A stretch of 64,000 bases of DNA from an uncultured Gammaproteobacteria bacterium (GTDB lineage: Bacteria; Patescibacteriota; Patescibacteriia; Magasanikbacterales; GWA2-37-8). Shown here piece by piece: positions 28,066 through 37,093 of the stretch. The notes under the pieces were generated by a model. That model was not told the origin of the DNA, made no database searches, and saw only the letters and a program-made list of their open reading frames with translations. The position numbers and the translations under genes are program-made. The first letter of the stretch is position 1, and each line of letters opens with the position of its first letter. The DNA lies in the NCBI GenBank assembly GCA_964596525.1, contig CAZQUL010000001.1, forward strand, positions 140,830-204,829, in the 5' to 3' direction.

Positions 28066-29072
28066 ATTGTGCGGCGATCGATCATGGCGATGTTTTCGCG
28101 GCCGGTGCCGATAAGCGTAATAGGCACACCGAGATCGCGCTCAAGATGTTCGATGTAGGTCTTTGCTGGAGCACTCAAAGCATTCCAGGAATTCTTTCCT
28201 TCGTCTTGGGGAAAGAGATAATTGAGAAACTGCAGCGCGATCTGGGTAGGGCGGTTGAGACGGATGGCGCGTTTGACGATGTTAACATCGAATTCGGCGA
28301 CGCGGCGGATTTTTTTGGTGACGGTCGTGGTTTCGACTACCGGTTTGCCGATGCGCCGCGACAATTCTTCCCACGAAATTTCGTGCGGCAGGGGGCCAGA
28401 ATTGCCAGCAACACGGATGGGGAAGGTGCGGATGACGAGAATAATATCGGTGACGGAGCGCGGCGAGAGCCCGGCTTCGGCCAAAAAATTCGCAGCCGTG
28501 GTGTCGCGCGACGTGGTGAAGGGATATATGCCGTGATAGAGCGAGAGACCGAAGCCTTGGGTGCCTTCGACAAGCACGTGCTTGCCGCCATCGATAGCCT
28601 GGTTAAGGAGTTCGGCAACATCAGCGAGTTGCACGCCGGTCAGTACATCTTTGGCAAGCCTAAAGGTACGGCGGCCGATACGATCGATGAGCGCGGCGCC
28701 GCAACCTTTGCCCGTGCTGCCAATCGCGCGCATCAATTCGCGCTCGGACTCGGCATGACGCTCTTCAATAATACCGGCGGAAGGATCGATAAAAAGGCGT
28801 TTTTTCGTATTGGTCCGAATGATCTCATTCTTTAAAAGTTCCGGATCGATGAGGGCGCCTGCGCCAATAGCGAGCACGCACGCGTCATTCATGAACGTCG
28901 CCGGAATCTGTTGCAGCCGATACTCTTCACCCGCGACGAATACGGTGTGGCCAGCGTTGGGCGCGCCGGTCCGCACTGCCACATCAACTTCTGGCGCGAG
29001 ATAGGAGATGACTTTTCCTTTCGCTTCGGAACCGAATTGTCCGCCGATGACGACGGTAAGACGACCAGGCAT
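28062..29072 (-). CDS. adenylosuccinate synthetase-like protein (short form)
   Basis: VVIGGQFGSEAKGKV ... GAPNAGHTV P-loop/GDP motifs of PurA. 4-bp overlap with the RdgB-like gene. About 337 aa is shorter than canonical PurA. Confidence 0.65.
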   Translation of the reverse strand: MPGRLTVVIGGQFGSEAKGKVISYLAPEVDVAVRTGAPNAGHTVFVAGEEYRLQQIPATFMNDACVLAIGAGALIDPELLKNEIIRTNTKKRLFIDPSAGIIEERHAESERELMRAIGSTGKGCGAALIDRIGRRTFRLAKDVLTGVQLADVAELLNQAIDGGKHVLVEGTQGFGLSLYHGIYPFTTSRDTTAANFLAEAGLSPRSVTDIILVIRTFPIRVAGNSGPLPHEISWEELSRRIGKPVVETTTVTKKIRRVAEFDVNIVKRAIRLNRPTQIALQFLNYLFPQDEGKNSWNALSAPAKTYIEHLERDLGVPITLIGTGRENIAMIDRRTI

Positions 29073-29426
29073 ATCCAAAGATATGTAGTAATTTTACAGC
29101 AACGACCGCAGAAAAATCCGCGGCCGTAAGAGCTCGTACGACTATTCTTCAGAACCCCGAACAATCGGGATTCCGAAGAACTTCTTACTCGATTATTTTC
29201 CGCAGGTGCAAGACGCTTCCGGGCATGGCTTGCCGGATTCGTGGTCATGCGGACACGACGTGCATTTTACTTCTTCCATATACCAAGGCGTTAAGGTGAA
29301 TTAAACGACCTTTGCAAAGGGAAAGAGAGGCATTCTTTTCGAGCGTAGAGTGAAGTAACCGTAACACAAGAAAAAATAGAACGGAAGAGTGGGTAGGATA
29401 AATCATGATATAATTTATGAAATCGT

Positions 29427-32400
29427 ATGCCTCATTCTTTTTTGGCAGGAAGCGTCAAAGTGTTCACCGCTTTTCTCATTATAATCTGCACTATCTTCGG
29501 GAGGGGTTTTTTTCGTTTAAGCGCGGCTGAAGCGCGTGAAATTTCTGCATTTGAATCAGCTGCTGAACAAACACCGCGACACCATCGCTACGTGGAAGGC
29601 GAAGTAATCGTCAAACACCGCGACTCATCGTTCAATCTGCGTGATGTCGGCGGCCGGATACGCTCGCGGACGTTTTGGGAAACTCGAGGTTTAAATGTCG
29701 AGCGGGAATTCCGGCGGCAGAATATAAACGTACTCAAGAGCCGCCGCGGACAAACAACCGAAGCAATGGTAAACGAACTCCGAAATGACCCGAACGTGGC
29801 ATTCGTTCAGCCCAACTACATCTACACGCCCGGCGCGATCGCGACCGACGATACGCTCCGCGAGAGTCTCTGGGGGCTCGATAACAGCGGGCAGACGGTA
29901 AACGGTTTGGCCGGTACAACAAACGCGGATATCAATGCACCCGAAGCCTGGGCCATCAACGAAGGTACGAACACAACGACGATCGTGGCCGTCATCGACA
30001 CCGGTGTTGCGTATAACCACCCAGATCTTCTGGCCAACATGTGGGATGGCACAAACTGCAAAGACGCGAACGGCAACGCACTCGGCAACTGCATTCACGG
30101 ATATGATTATGAAGACGGCGATAAAAATCCGGCACCGACTCATAACACGCACGGCACGCACGTGGCTGGCACCATCGCGGCGGTCAAAAATAATACAAAA
30201 GGCATTATCGGCGTTGCCCCGAACGTGCACATCATGGCACTCAAATCGAGCCTCACGACGACGAACATCATCAATGCTATGGATTTCGCCGAACAGAATG
30301 GCGCACGCATCATTAATGCCAGCTGGGGCGGTCCATCGAATGATCTCGCGCTCAAAGCCGCGATCGATGCGTTTCCTGGAATTTTTATAGCTGCAGCCGG
30401 CAACGATGCTTCGAATAACGATTCGACGCCTACTTATCCCTGCAACTTTACCTCTGCCAACCTTATCTGCGTTGCCGCCACCACGCAGACCGATGGCCTC
30501 GCTTCGTTTTCTAACTACGGCGCGACGAGTGTAGATGTAGGCGCACCCGGCACGAACATTTTAAGCGCCATCGATTCGTCGACCAAACTCAATGAAACGT
30601 TTCAGAGTCTTACGCCTCCGACATTACCTTCTGGCTGGACCACGACCGGCACGGCTGCCGCTTGGGCCACCGTCAACATCAGTGATTCTGGCACTATGCT
30701 CACGCCAGATCCGAATAATCCCTACGCCGACAACGCGAGCTCGTCCATCATTTCTTCATCGTTCGATCTTTCCACGTCGACCGGCGCGACATTCGATTTT
30801 CTCGCCCGCTGCCAAACCGAATACGCCACTACGAGCTGGCGCGATTACATGATCTTGGATTTTGGCTCGAGCAGCACCACGTTTACGGAATTCACCCGTT
30901 TCGATCAAGCCCAGCTCGATTTTTACAATGGCGTAAGTAATCCGGCAGGTACGGCCACGTATCATTTTCAAAATCTGCAAATTCCCACGCACTTTCTTAC
31001 CAGCACGTTCACGTTCCGTTTCCGTTGGATCACGAACGGCACGGACAACGCGTATGCCGGCTGCGCGGTCGATAACATCACGCTTGTCAGTTTCAGCGAT
31101 GGCGCGGATGAAAAGTACGGTTTCCTGAACGGTACGTCCATGGCTACGCCGCACGTGGTGGGCCTGGCCGGGCTCCTTCTCGGGTACAAACCAAACCTCA
31201 GCATATCGCAGCTCAAAACCGCCATCTTAAACACCGGCACGACGCTCGCGGGCCTTACCGGCAAAAGCACCACTGCCAAACGCATCGATGCCTACGCCGC
31301 GCTCGTTTCCGTTACCCCGCCGACCGCGGTAACATCCACTCCTCCAAGCGGATCAAGCAGCGTCGCGCTCTCGACCGTGCCGACTGTCACGTTTTCCAAA
31401 ACCATGGACACTTCGACCCTCGCGAGCGGCATTGAACTCCGGCTGTACGCCACGGATGCGCGGGTAACAACCACCGTTTCGAGTACTTTAAACCCGACGA
31501 TCGCTGTGGTACCAAGCGTAAGTTTGGCGCCCAGCACAACGTATTATCTCTTCGTCTCAACGAGCGTTAAAGATGCGGACGGCAATAATCTGGAAATACC
31601 CTGGAGTGCAGCCGACAAGGCCGCACACGCTTTTACCACCGGTCCCGATACGACCGCGCCCGTAATTACCATCCTTGGTGATAACCCCACCTCAACCCTG
31701 CGCGGTCTTATTTACATCGACCCAGGCGCAACGGCGCTCGATGACGTGGACGGCTCGGTTGCTGTTACGGTGACCGGCACGGTTGCCACCAGTACGGCAG
31801 GCGCATACAGCATCGTGTATTCGGCAACGGATAGCTCTTCCAACACCGCATTTGCCACGCGCACCGTGAACGTGGTGGCCGATACTACTGCACCCGTTAT
31901 CACCCTTAATGGTTCGAGCGTCATTACCATGTATGTCCGCGATATTTTTAATGACCCGGGCGCGTCGGCCATCGATAACGTCGACGGCAGTGTGAGCGTT
32001 TCAATTTCCGGATCGGTGAATATTACGAACGCCGGCAGTTACACGCTCACCTACACGGCCACGGATTCTTCGGGCAACATTGCAACCGTCACGCGCACAG
32101 TGAACGTCACCATTCCACCAGGCGGCGGAGGTGGGGGCGGTGGGGGTGGAGGCGGAGGTGGAGGTTACTCGGCTCCATCGTACACTGCGCCAACCACTCT
32201 TCCGGTAGCCGTTACGAGCACGCGGCTTACTGCACCGCTTCTAAGCCCGACGCCGATTGGACAATTCTTCCCTTTGAATATTCCGCTGACACCCGACACG
32301 ACAAGCATCGTCACCAGCGAAACGCCCCCCGCTCCCCCACCGTCCCGCATCGAAACGCTTCTCAAAAATCTCAAACCCGGCGATCGTAAAACGCAGGTAA

Positions 32401-32708
32401 AGGAATTACAGATTGAATTACAACGACTCGGATTCCTCAGTAAATCCATCACCCCCACCACGCTCTACGGCACAGCAACGGATGCAGCCGTAAAAAAATA
32501 CCGCGCCTCGCTTGCCAAAAAACCAGTTGTCGCCACGCCGACCATCGACGAACTCATCGCCACCACCAAATTCGGCACCACAAGCGACAAAGTGCGACAA
32601 CTCCAAACCTTGCTTAAAAATCTAGGCTTTCTCAAAGCTTCTCCTACCGGTTACTACGGCGCCGCAACGCGCACAGCGGTAACGGAGTATACAAAAAGTA
32701 AACGATAA
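29427..32708 (+). CDS. giant secreted subtilisin-like (S8) serine protease with Ig-like DUF5011 domains, a poly-Gly tract and two C-terminal PG-binding domains
   Basis: Signal peptide. I9-like propeptide. Catalytic triad motifs VAVIDTGVAYNHPDL / HGTHVAGTIAAV / GTSMATPHVVGLAGLL. Two DUF5011-like blocks (DTTAPVIT...YIDPGATALDDVDGSV). Tract GGGGGGGGGGGGGGG. Two PG_binding_1-like repeats at the C-terminus. Confidence 0.9.
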   Translation: MPHSFLAGSVKVFTAFLIIICTIFGRGFFRLSAAEAREISAFESAAEQTPRHHRYVEGEVIVKHRDSSFNLRDVGGRIRSRTFWETRGLNVEREFRRQNINVLKSRRGQTTEAMVNELRNDPNVAFVQPNYIYTPGAIATDDTLRESLWGLDNSGQTVNGLAGTTNADINAPEAWAINEGTNTTTIVAVIDTGVAYNHPDLLANMWDGTNCKDANGNALGNCIHGYDYEDGDKNPAPTHNTHGTHVAGTIAAVKNNTKGIIGVAPNVHIMALKSSLTTTNIINAMDFAEQNGARIINASWGGPSNDLALKAAIDAFPGIFIAAAGNDASNNDSTPTYPCNFTSANLICVAATTQTDGLASFSNYGATSVDVGAPGTNILSAIDSSTKLNETFQSLTPPTLPSGWTTTGTAAAWATVNISDSGTMLTPDPNNPYADNASSSIISSSFDLSTSTGATFDFLARCQTEYATTSWRDYMILDFGSSSTTFTEFTRFDQAQLDFYNGVSNPAGTATYHFQNLQIPTHFLTSTFTFRFRWITNGTDNAYAGCAVDNITLVSFSDGADEKYGFLNGTSMATPHVVGLAGLLLGYKPNLSISQLKTAILNTGTTLAGLTGKSTTAKRIDAYAALVSVTPPTAVTSTPPSGSSSVALSTVPTVTFSKTMDTSTLASGIELRLYATDARVTTTVSSTLNPTIAVVPSVSLAPSTTYYLFVSTSVKDADGNNLEIPWSAADKAAHAFTTGPDTTAPVITILGDNPTSTLRGLIYIDPGATALDDVDGSVAVTVTGTVATSTAGAYSIVYSATDSSSNTAFATRTVNVVADTTAPVITLNGSSVITMYVRDIFNDPGASAIDNVDGSVSVSISGSVNITNAGSYTLTYTATDSSGNIATVTRTVNVTIPPGGGGGGGGGGGGGGGYSAPSYTAPTTLPVAVTSTRLTAPLLSPTPIGQFFPLNIPLTPDTTSIVTSETPPAPPPSRIETLLKNLKPGDRKTQVKELQIELQRLGFLSKSITPTTLYGTATDAAVKKYRASLAKKPVVATPTIDELIATTKFGTTSDKVRQLQTLLKNLGFLKASPTGYYGAATRTAVTEYTKSKR

Positions 32709-32710
32709 AC

Positions 32711-32746
32711 AAAAGCTCCGCGATCAGGTTGTCGCGGAGTTTTTTT
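32711..32746. terminator. bidirectional hairpin terminator between the convergent subtilase and paralogue P1
   Basis: aaaagctccgcga...tcgcggagttttttt. The first 22 nt are identical to the terminator at 33271. Confidence 0.6.
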
Positions 32747-32760
32747 ACAACGAATCAATT

Positions 32761-33177
32761 CTAGGCCGCCGCCTTTACGATTTCCGGCGGCACTACCCCC
32801 TCAGCAATACACCACGGCTCGCTTGGCAGCTCCCGCGATTCGAGAAGATATTCGTCGACATCGAAAGAGTTGGCCATACCTCCATGTTTTTTGGTAGCCA
32901 TAAAAACGCACGTGGTGCCGCGCTGCACTACCAGTTGGCGGATAATGGTGCGCGTATCGGCCAAGGGACTCAGGTGGTCCGCGGTACGCTGCACGGCACA
33001 GAGCGTGTAGTCATCCTGCTTGAAAGTCCATGTGGATATTTCTAGGCGATATCCCGAACAGCAGCCCGATTCACACTCCCGAACGGCAGAATGGGCAACG
33101 CACTCCGGCGTCGAACACGCGCTTGTGATGTGACGCCATAAAACTTCACACGCAGCAGGGTCTTGGTTTTCAGACAT
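32761..33177 (-). CDS. paralogue P1 of a tandem family of ~140-aa cytoplasmic proteins (unknown function)
   Basis: ORF 32761..33183. Start at the MSENQ Met has an agggagg SD 6 nt upstream. Shares C-x-x-LW, YT(I/L)-A, SASKK-GG and ELPSE-W-AEGV-PPE blocks with P2 and P3. Confidence 0.6.
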   Translation of the reverse strand: MSENQDPAACEVLWRHITSACSTPECVAHSAVRECESGCCSGYRLEISTWTFKQDDYTLCAVQRTADHLSPLADTRTIIRQLVVQRGTTCVFMATKKHGGMANSFDVDEYLLESRELPSEPWCIAEGVVPPEIVKAAA

Positions 33178-33270
33178 TGACATCCTCCCTCGATCGTTTT
33201 GTTCGTGTGAACCGTAACACAGCGAAACAAAAAGTCAACGGTGGATACGATCAGAATACAAATTATTAAC

Positions 33271-33307
33271 AAAAGCTCCGCGATCAGATGACCGTGGAGC
33301 TAGTTTT
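33271..33307 (-). terminator. hairpin terminator after paralogue P2
   Basis: agctcc...ggagct stem with a T-run on the minus strand. 5' part identical to the 32711 terminator. Confidence 0.5.
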
Positions 33308-33324
33308 GGCACTCAAGGGACTTT

Positions 33325-33744
33325 CTAGGCCACCGCGTTCGCGAGCTCAGGCGGAATGACACCCTCGGCGACGCGCCACATTTCGCTCGGCAGCTCCTCC
33401 GAGCTGCTCGGTATTCCGTGGGCATCGAACTTTTTCAAGGTTCCCCCTTCCTTTTTACTGGCCGAAAAGATCGCCTCTTCGCCACAATGGATACTCAATC
33501 GCAACGTCGCCGTACACTTGTCCAAAAGAGGAGTCTTGGTTTTGACAAGGAACGACGTGGCGCGAATTGTATAACCGCCGTGCTCGAGCGTCCACGTACG
33601 AATCTCATTGGACGCACTCATGCCGCGGAAACCGCACGACATACTGTCGGAATCCGTGGTACGCTCATCCTGCCCAAGGCTTGTGACCAGATCCCACAAA
33701 GCCTGGCAAGAAAGAATGCCGTTATTCTGCTGATTTTCGGACAT
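33325..33744 (-). CDS. paralogue P2 of the tandem family
   Basis: MSENQQNN start with a gaggagg SD. Conserved blocks as in P1. Confidence 0.6.
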   Translation of the reverse strand: MSENQQNNGILSCQALWDLVTSLGQDERTTDSDSMSCGFRGMSASNEIRTWTLEHGGYTIRATSFLVKTKTPLLDKCTATLRLSIHCGEEAIFSASKKEGGTLKKFDAHGIPSSSEELPSEMWRVAEGVIPPELANAVA

Positions 33745-33881
33745 GACAACCTCCTCTCAATTCTGGTAGTTGACAGAACGGAATACTCTAGCAAAAAATT
33801 AGCACAAAGTCAACCGTATCTGTGGTTATGTTTTCTTTGGTATTAAAAAATCAGATTGCGTGCACCACACAAAAATCATTT

Positions 33882-33918
33882 AAAAAAACGAAATCTCCGC
33901 GACAACAATCGCGGAGAT
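33882..33918 (-). terminator. hairpin terminator after paralogue P3
   Basis: tctccgcg-acaacaat-cgcggaga with tttcgttttttt on the minus strand. Confidence 0.5.
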
Positions 33919-33938
33919 ATACACGAAGAACGAAGTGA

Positions 33939-34352
33939 TTAAGCCGCAGGTCGGAGGAACAATTCCGGCACCGCGCCAGACCGTATCTTCCACGGTTCGA
34001 CCGCATAGTCTTCGATACCCAGATAGCGCTCGTCGACACCGAAATTTTTTCTCTGGCCGCCTTCGGCTTTGGAGGCAGAAAAAACGACTGCCTTGTCTTT
34101 CATGATTTCGATGGCGCGGTCATGCTTCAGATCTTCGAATGACGGGCAAAACGAACTCATCTTCATCCTCGTGGCTCGGATGGTAAACCCGTCTTCGTCA
34201 AAGTACCAGATTTCGAGTTCGAAACCATACCCACCCCGGTGCGAACCATTCGATGTTGAGCCGGAATCTTTGTTGAGTTTTGGCTCGCGACCGGTCGTAA
34301 AGCGCTTCCACAACGCTTCACAATCCACGGTCGCAGGTGAGGTGTTCGACAT
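33939..34352 (-). CDS. paralogue P3 of the tandem family
   Basis: ORF 33939..34412. Start at MSNTSPATVDCEALW with an aaggag SD. Conserved blocks CEALW, FTIRAT, SASKAEGG, EPW...GAVPE. Confidence 0.6.
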   Translation of the reverse strand: MSNTSPATVDCEALWKRFTTGREPKLNKDSGSTSNGSHRGGYGFELEIWYFDEDGFTIRATRMKMSSFCPSFEDLKHDRAIEIMKDKAVVFSASKAEGGQRKNFGVDERYLGIEDYAVEPWKIRSGAVPELFLRPAA

Positions 34353-34408
34353 GACGTACTCCTTTACTACAAGAACCGAGGACAACGTAGCAGACGAAAA
34401 GAAAAAGG

Positions 34409-35383
34409 TCAATTACCACGTTTTTCACCGTCAACGCTCGGCACCACGTACAACCGCACCACAATGGCGCCAAACAAAAATACTTGCGACATGTAATAGA
34501 ACCACAATACGAAGAGCACGAGCGCCGAAGCTGCACCATAGCCCGTAAACGCCGTGCTTGACCCGAGGTACAACCCGAGAAGCAGTTTGCTGACCATGAA
34601 AAACGCACCCGTGATCGCTCCGCCGATGAGCGCTGGCCTCCACGCCAAACGTTTGGACGGCAACACTTTGTACGTCAGCGCCAAAAAAACCGAGATGAGC
34701 GCAAACGATACCACAAAATCAATGATATGCCCCACCACCACAGCCTGTGGCATCATTCGAGAAAGTGCGCCGCCAAAGGCCGTAAGCAGCGCGCTCAACG
34801 CAAGCGAAACGAGAAGAAGAAATCCGATGGAGAGCACCATCCCAAACGACAAGAGTTTCTGACGAATAAAAAGCCATACACCGCGGCGCACGGTTTTGTC
34901 GGGCAGGTTCTCAAAGATGGTGTTGAGCGCAGTTTGCAGCTGCGAAAAAATTCCAGCTGCACCGATAAGAAGTACAACAAAACCAACGATACTCAGCACA
35001 ATATCCGCCCCTTCAGTTGCCCGTGCACGAATAAGCGATTCAATAAATTCTCCGCCCCGCGGCCCGAACGTAGCGTTGAACTGATCTATCACCGCGGTTT
35101 GTGCCGCTGTTCGGTCGAGAAAGATCCCCGCGACAGAAATAGCGATAACGAGAAGCGGCGCGATGGAAAAAATGGTGTAGTACGCAATCGATGCGCCAAA
35201 TGTACCAACTCTGGCCGATGACCATAGCGCGGAAATTCTTTTGGCATGCGCAACGATCGGTGCAAAGCGATCACGCCAGGACGCTGTCTTTGGGGCAGTA
35301 TCGGAAACCACATTTTTTTCAAGATACGTTGAGCGGATAAAAACGACGAGCGACGTGAGAAGAACTTTAGACGTGAATTTCAT
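34409..35383 (-). CDS. YihY/virulence factor BrkB family membrane protein
   Basis: Six TM helices and the YihY/BrkB (RNase BN-like) family signature (GASIAYYTIFSIAPLLVIAISVAGIF...). Confidence 0.75.
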   Translation of the reverse strand: MKFTSKVLLTSLVVFIRSTYLEKNVVSDTAPKTASWRDRFAPIVAHAKRISALWSSARVGTFGASIAYYTIFSIAPLLVIAISVAGIFLDRTAAQTAVIDQFNATFGPRGGEFIESLIRARATEGADIVLSIVGFVVLLIGAAGIFSQLQTALNTIFENLPDKTVRRGVWLFIRQKLLSFGMVLSIGFLLLVSLALSALLTAFGGALSRMMPQAVVVGHIIDFVVSFALISVFLALTYKVLPSKRLAWRPALIGGAITGAFFMVSKLLLGLYLGSSTAFTGYGAASALVLFVLWFYYMSQVFLFGAIVVRLYVVPSVDGEKRGN

Positions 35384-35494
35384 AGGCGTTTCTTACGACA
35401 CTACTACCGTAGCACGTAACGCCCAAGTCGGGGATAGCGGGAGTGACCAACCAAAAACACCGGGCTAAGATCCCGGTGTTTTTTAAGAGAAGAC

Positions 35495-35917
35495 TTATTT
35501 AACTTTTACGTAGAATCCTTCACTTCCGTAGAGCGTATACGTACCATCGCCTTTGTCTTGCGCGTAGACTTCTACATTCTTACCAATATGCTTCTCCAGA
35601 TCGCCGATACTCTCGGCACCCTGGACCGAACCTACAGTGTCGCGGCTCCAGCCCATCAGGACCGTAACGTGTTTCTTGTCGACGACGACGTAGCATTCGC
35701 CGTCAACGAAGCAGCCGACGTTTACTTCTTGGAGTTTACCGGTGAAGTTAGCGACTTTGAGTTTGGTGGCGGGTTGTTGAACGGTGGTGGTGGGGGCTGG
35801 GATGCGGGCGGTGTCTTGAGGCGTACTAGTTTGAGTGACGGGCTGAGAGGAAGCGCAGCCAGCGGCGAGGAGGAGAACGGCGAAGATGGCGGTGAGGAGA
35901 GGGGTTTTGGGGGACAT
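35495..35917 (-). CDS. lipoprotein, hypothetical
   Basis: Lipobox LLLAAGCASS. ORF to 35941 with a TTG. ATG start taken at MSPKTP. Confidence 0.55.
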   Translation of the reverse strand: MSPKTPLLTAIFAVLLLAAGCASSQPVTQTSTPQDTARIPAPTTTVQQPATKLKVANFTGKLQEVNVGCFVDGECYVVVDKKHVTVLMGWSRDTVGSVQGAESIGDLEKHIGKNVEVYAQDKGDGTYTLYGSEGFYVKVK

Positions 35918-36050
35918 ATGGAAAGTTAAGATGAATAGCAACTACTTGCAAGAACGATCCTGCCCGACTCTTTATTACACCTACCCATATACTAAAATTA
36001 GCGACTAAAGCTTGATTTTAAGTAAGTCATTTTTAGCAAAGAGAGAATAT

Positions 36051-36656
36051 TCATAAATTTTTATACTTCGCCATCTTCTTCAATTTCTCTCCAACGGATG
36101 TTGTTGTTATATATTGCAATAATTTTACCTGTTCAACAATTAGTTTTGATGGTCCAAAAGGTTGCCACCAATATTCATCTTCTTCAAAAAATTTTATCTT
36201 TTGTTTTTTAGATTCATATTCTTGCTTGCTTTGACTCTCCTCGCTATATTGAACAAATCTTTCTATAATAATACGACTTTTTTCTCGCCAAAGATCTGGC
36301 AAACTATAAGCCTCAGAAAGTTCTTTATTTATTAAAATGCATGTATTAAAAAAATTATCAACGAGCCTTAAATCCCTACCATCAAAAGTCTTAGCAAATA
36401 AATGCTTGTACTTGTTCCAGCTATTTTCAAAAGGAAGTTGTCTAATACTTGTCAGGTTAATTCCGTTTATTTTGATGTTATCAAATAAATTTTCACAATC
36501 AATAATCTCCACTAAAATTATCTTCGCTGCCTTTACCTTCTCTTCCTCTTTTTGTTGAAGCCAAATAATATAGGCAATAAAGGCCGTCACTAAGGTTGCA
36601 AAGCCCGCAAAAAATTCAGAATTAAGGACTGACCAGATTAACTTTAAAAAAAACAT
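36051..36656 (-). CDS. hypothetical membrane-anchored protein encoded in an AT-rich island next to tRNA-Ser
   Basis: N-terminal TM (FFAGFATLVTAFIAYIIWL), Lys/Glu/Asn-rich remainder. GC far below the surrounding genome. Confidence 0.5.
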   Translation of the reverse strand: MFFLKLIWSVLNSEFFAGFATLVTAFIAYIIWLQQKEEEKVKAAKIILVEIIDCENLFDNIKINGINLTSIRQLPFENSWNKYKHLFAKTFDGRDLRLVDNFFNTCILINKELSEAYSLPDLWREKSRIIIERFVQYSEESQSKQEYESKKQKIKFFEEDEYWWQPFGPSKLIVEQVKLLQYITTTSVGEKLKKMAKYKNL

Positions 36657-36902
36657 ATTTTAGTTTCCATTTAAGAAAAACTAAGAGTATCAAGCTAACA
36701 GTTGCTATTTTAGGAATACTTTACTGAGAAATTGGCTATCACTTTAATAAACTCAAGTACGTTTTCCAATCTTATCAATAATTGTAATTCGGCTCGGATG
36801 TACTTCTTCCAAAAATTCCTTCGCCGTGCCACCTTTTTCTACAACCCCTCTTATACGTACATTTATATTACACTTCGTTAATTAAAGAAGATAAAACTTA
36901 TC

Positions 36903-36989
36903 GCGGAAGGGGCGAGATTCGAACTCGCGGTACCCTTGCGGGCACGACAGTTTTCAAGACTGTTGCCTTAAACCACTCGGCCACCCTTC
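36903..36989 (-). tRNA. tRNA-Ser (anticodon TGA)
   Basis: Minus strand reads GGAAGGGTGGCCGAGTGGTTTAAGGCAACAGTCTTGAAAACTGTCGTGCCCGCAAGGGTACCGCGAGTTCGAATCTCGCCCCTTCCG. 7-bp acceptor stem, anticodon loop CTTGAAA (UGA), long variable arm, T-arm GAGTTCGAATCTC. No encoded CCA. Confidence 0.85.
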
Positions 36990-37093
36990 CAACGGACATT
37001 TACCGCCTTACCCTACCAAACCCTGCTGTACTTTTCAAGAATCAAAAAACCGCCATCCTCGGGGACAGCGGCGCGGGTCAGAGAGCTTGAGTA

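Noticed and set aside
27939-28835. 298-aa plus-strand ORF opposite the PurA-like gene
   Set aside because: The minus strand carries the PurA P-loop and GDP motifs. The plus frame is the GC-rich antisense.
29691-30230. Minus-strand ORFs (179 aa and others) inside the subtilase gene
   Set aside because: They are antisense to a gene with an unmistakable S8 catalytic triad.
32118-32165. GGN repeat as a possible CRISPR or VNTR array
   Set aside because: It is an in-frame coding simple repeat within a single gene, with no spacer and repeat structure. No CRISPR arrays were seen anywhere in the window.
35950-36989. Integrase or prophage at the tRNA-Ser site
   Set aside because: No integrase-like ORF and no obvious duplicated att core were found. 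Only a compositional islet with one orphan gene is visible.
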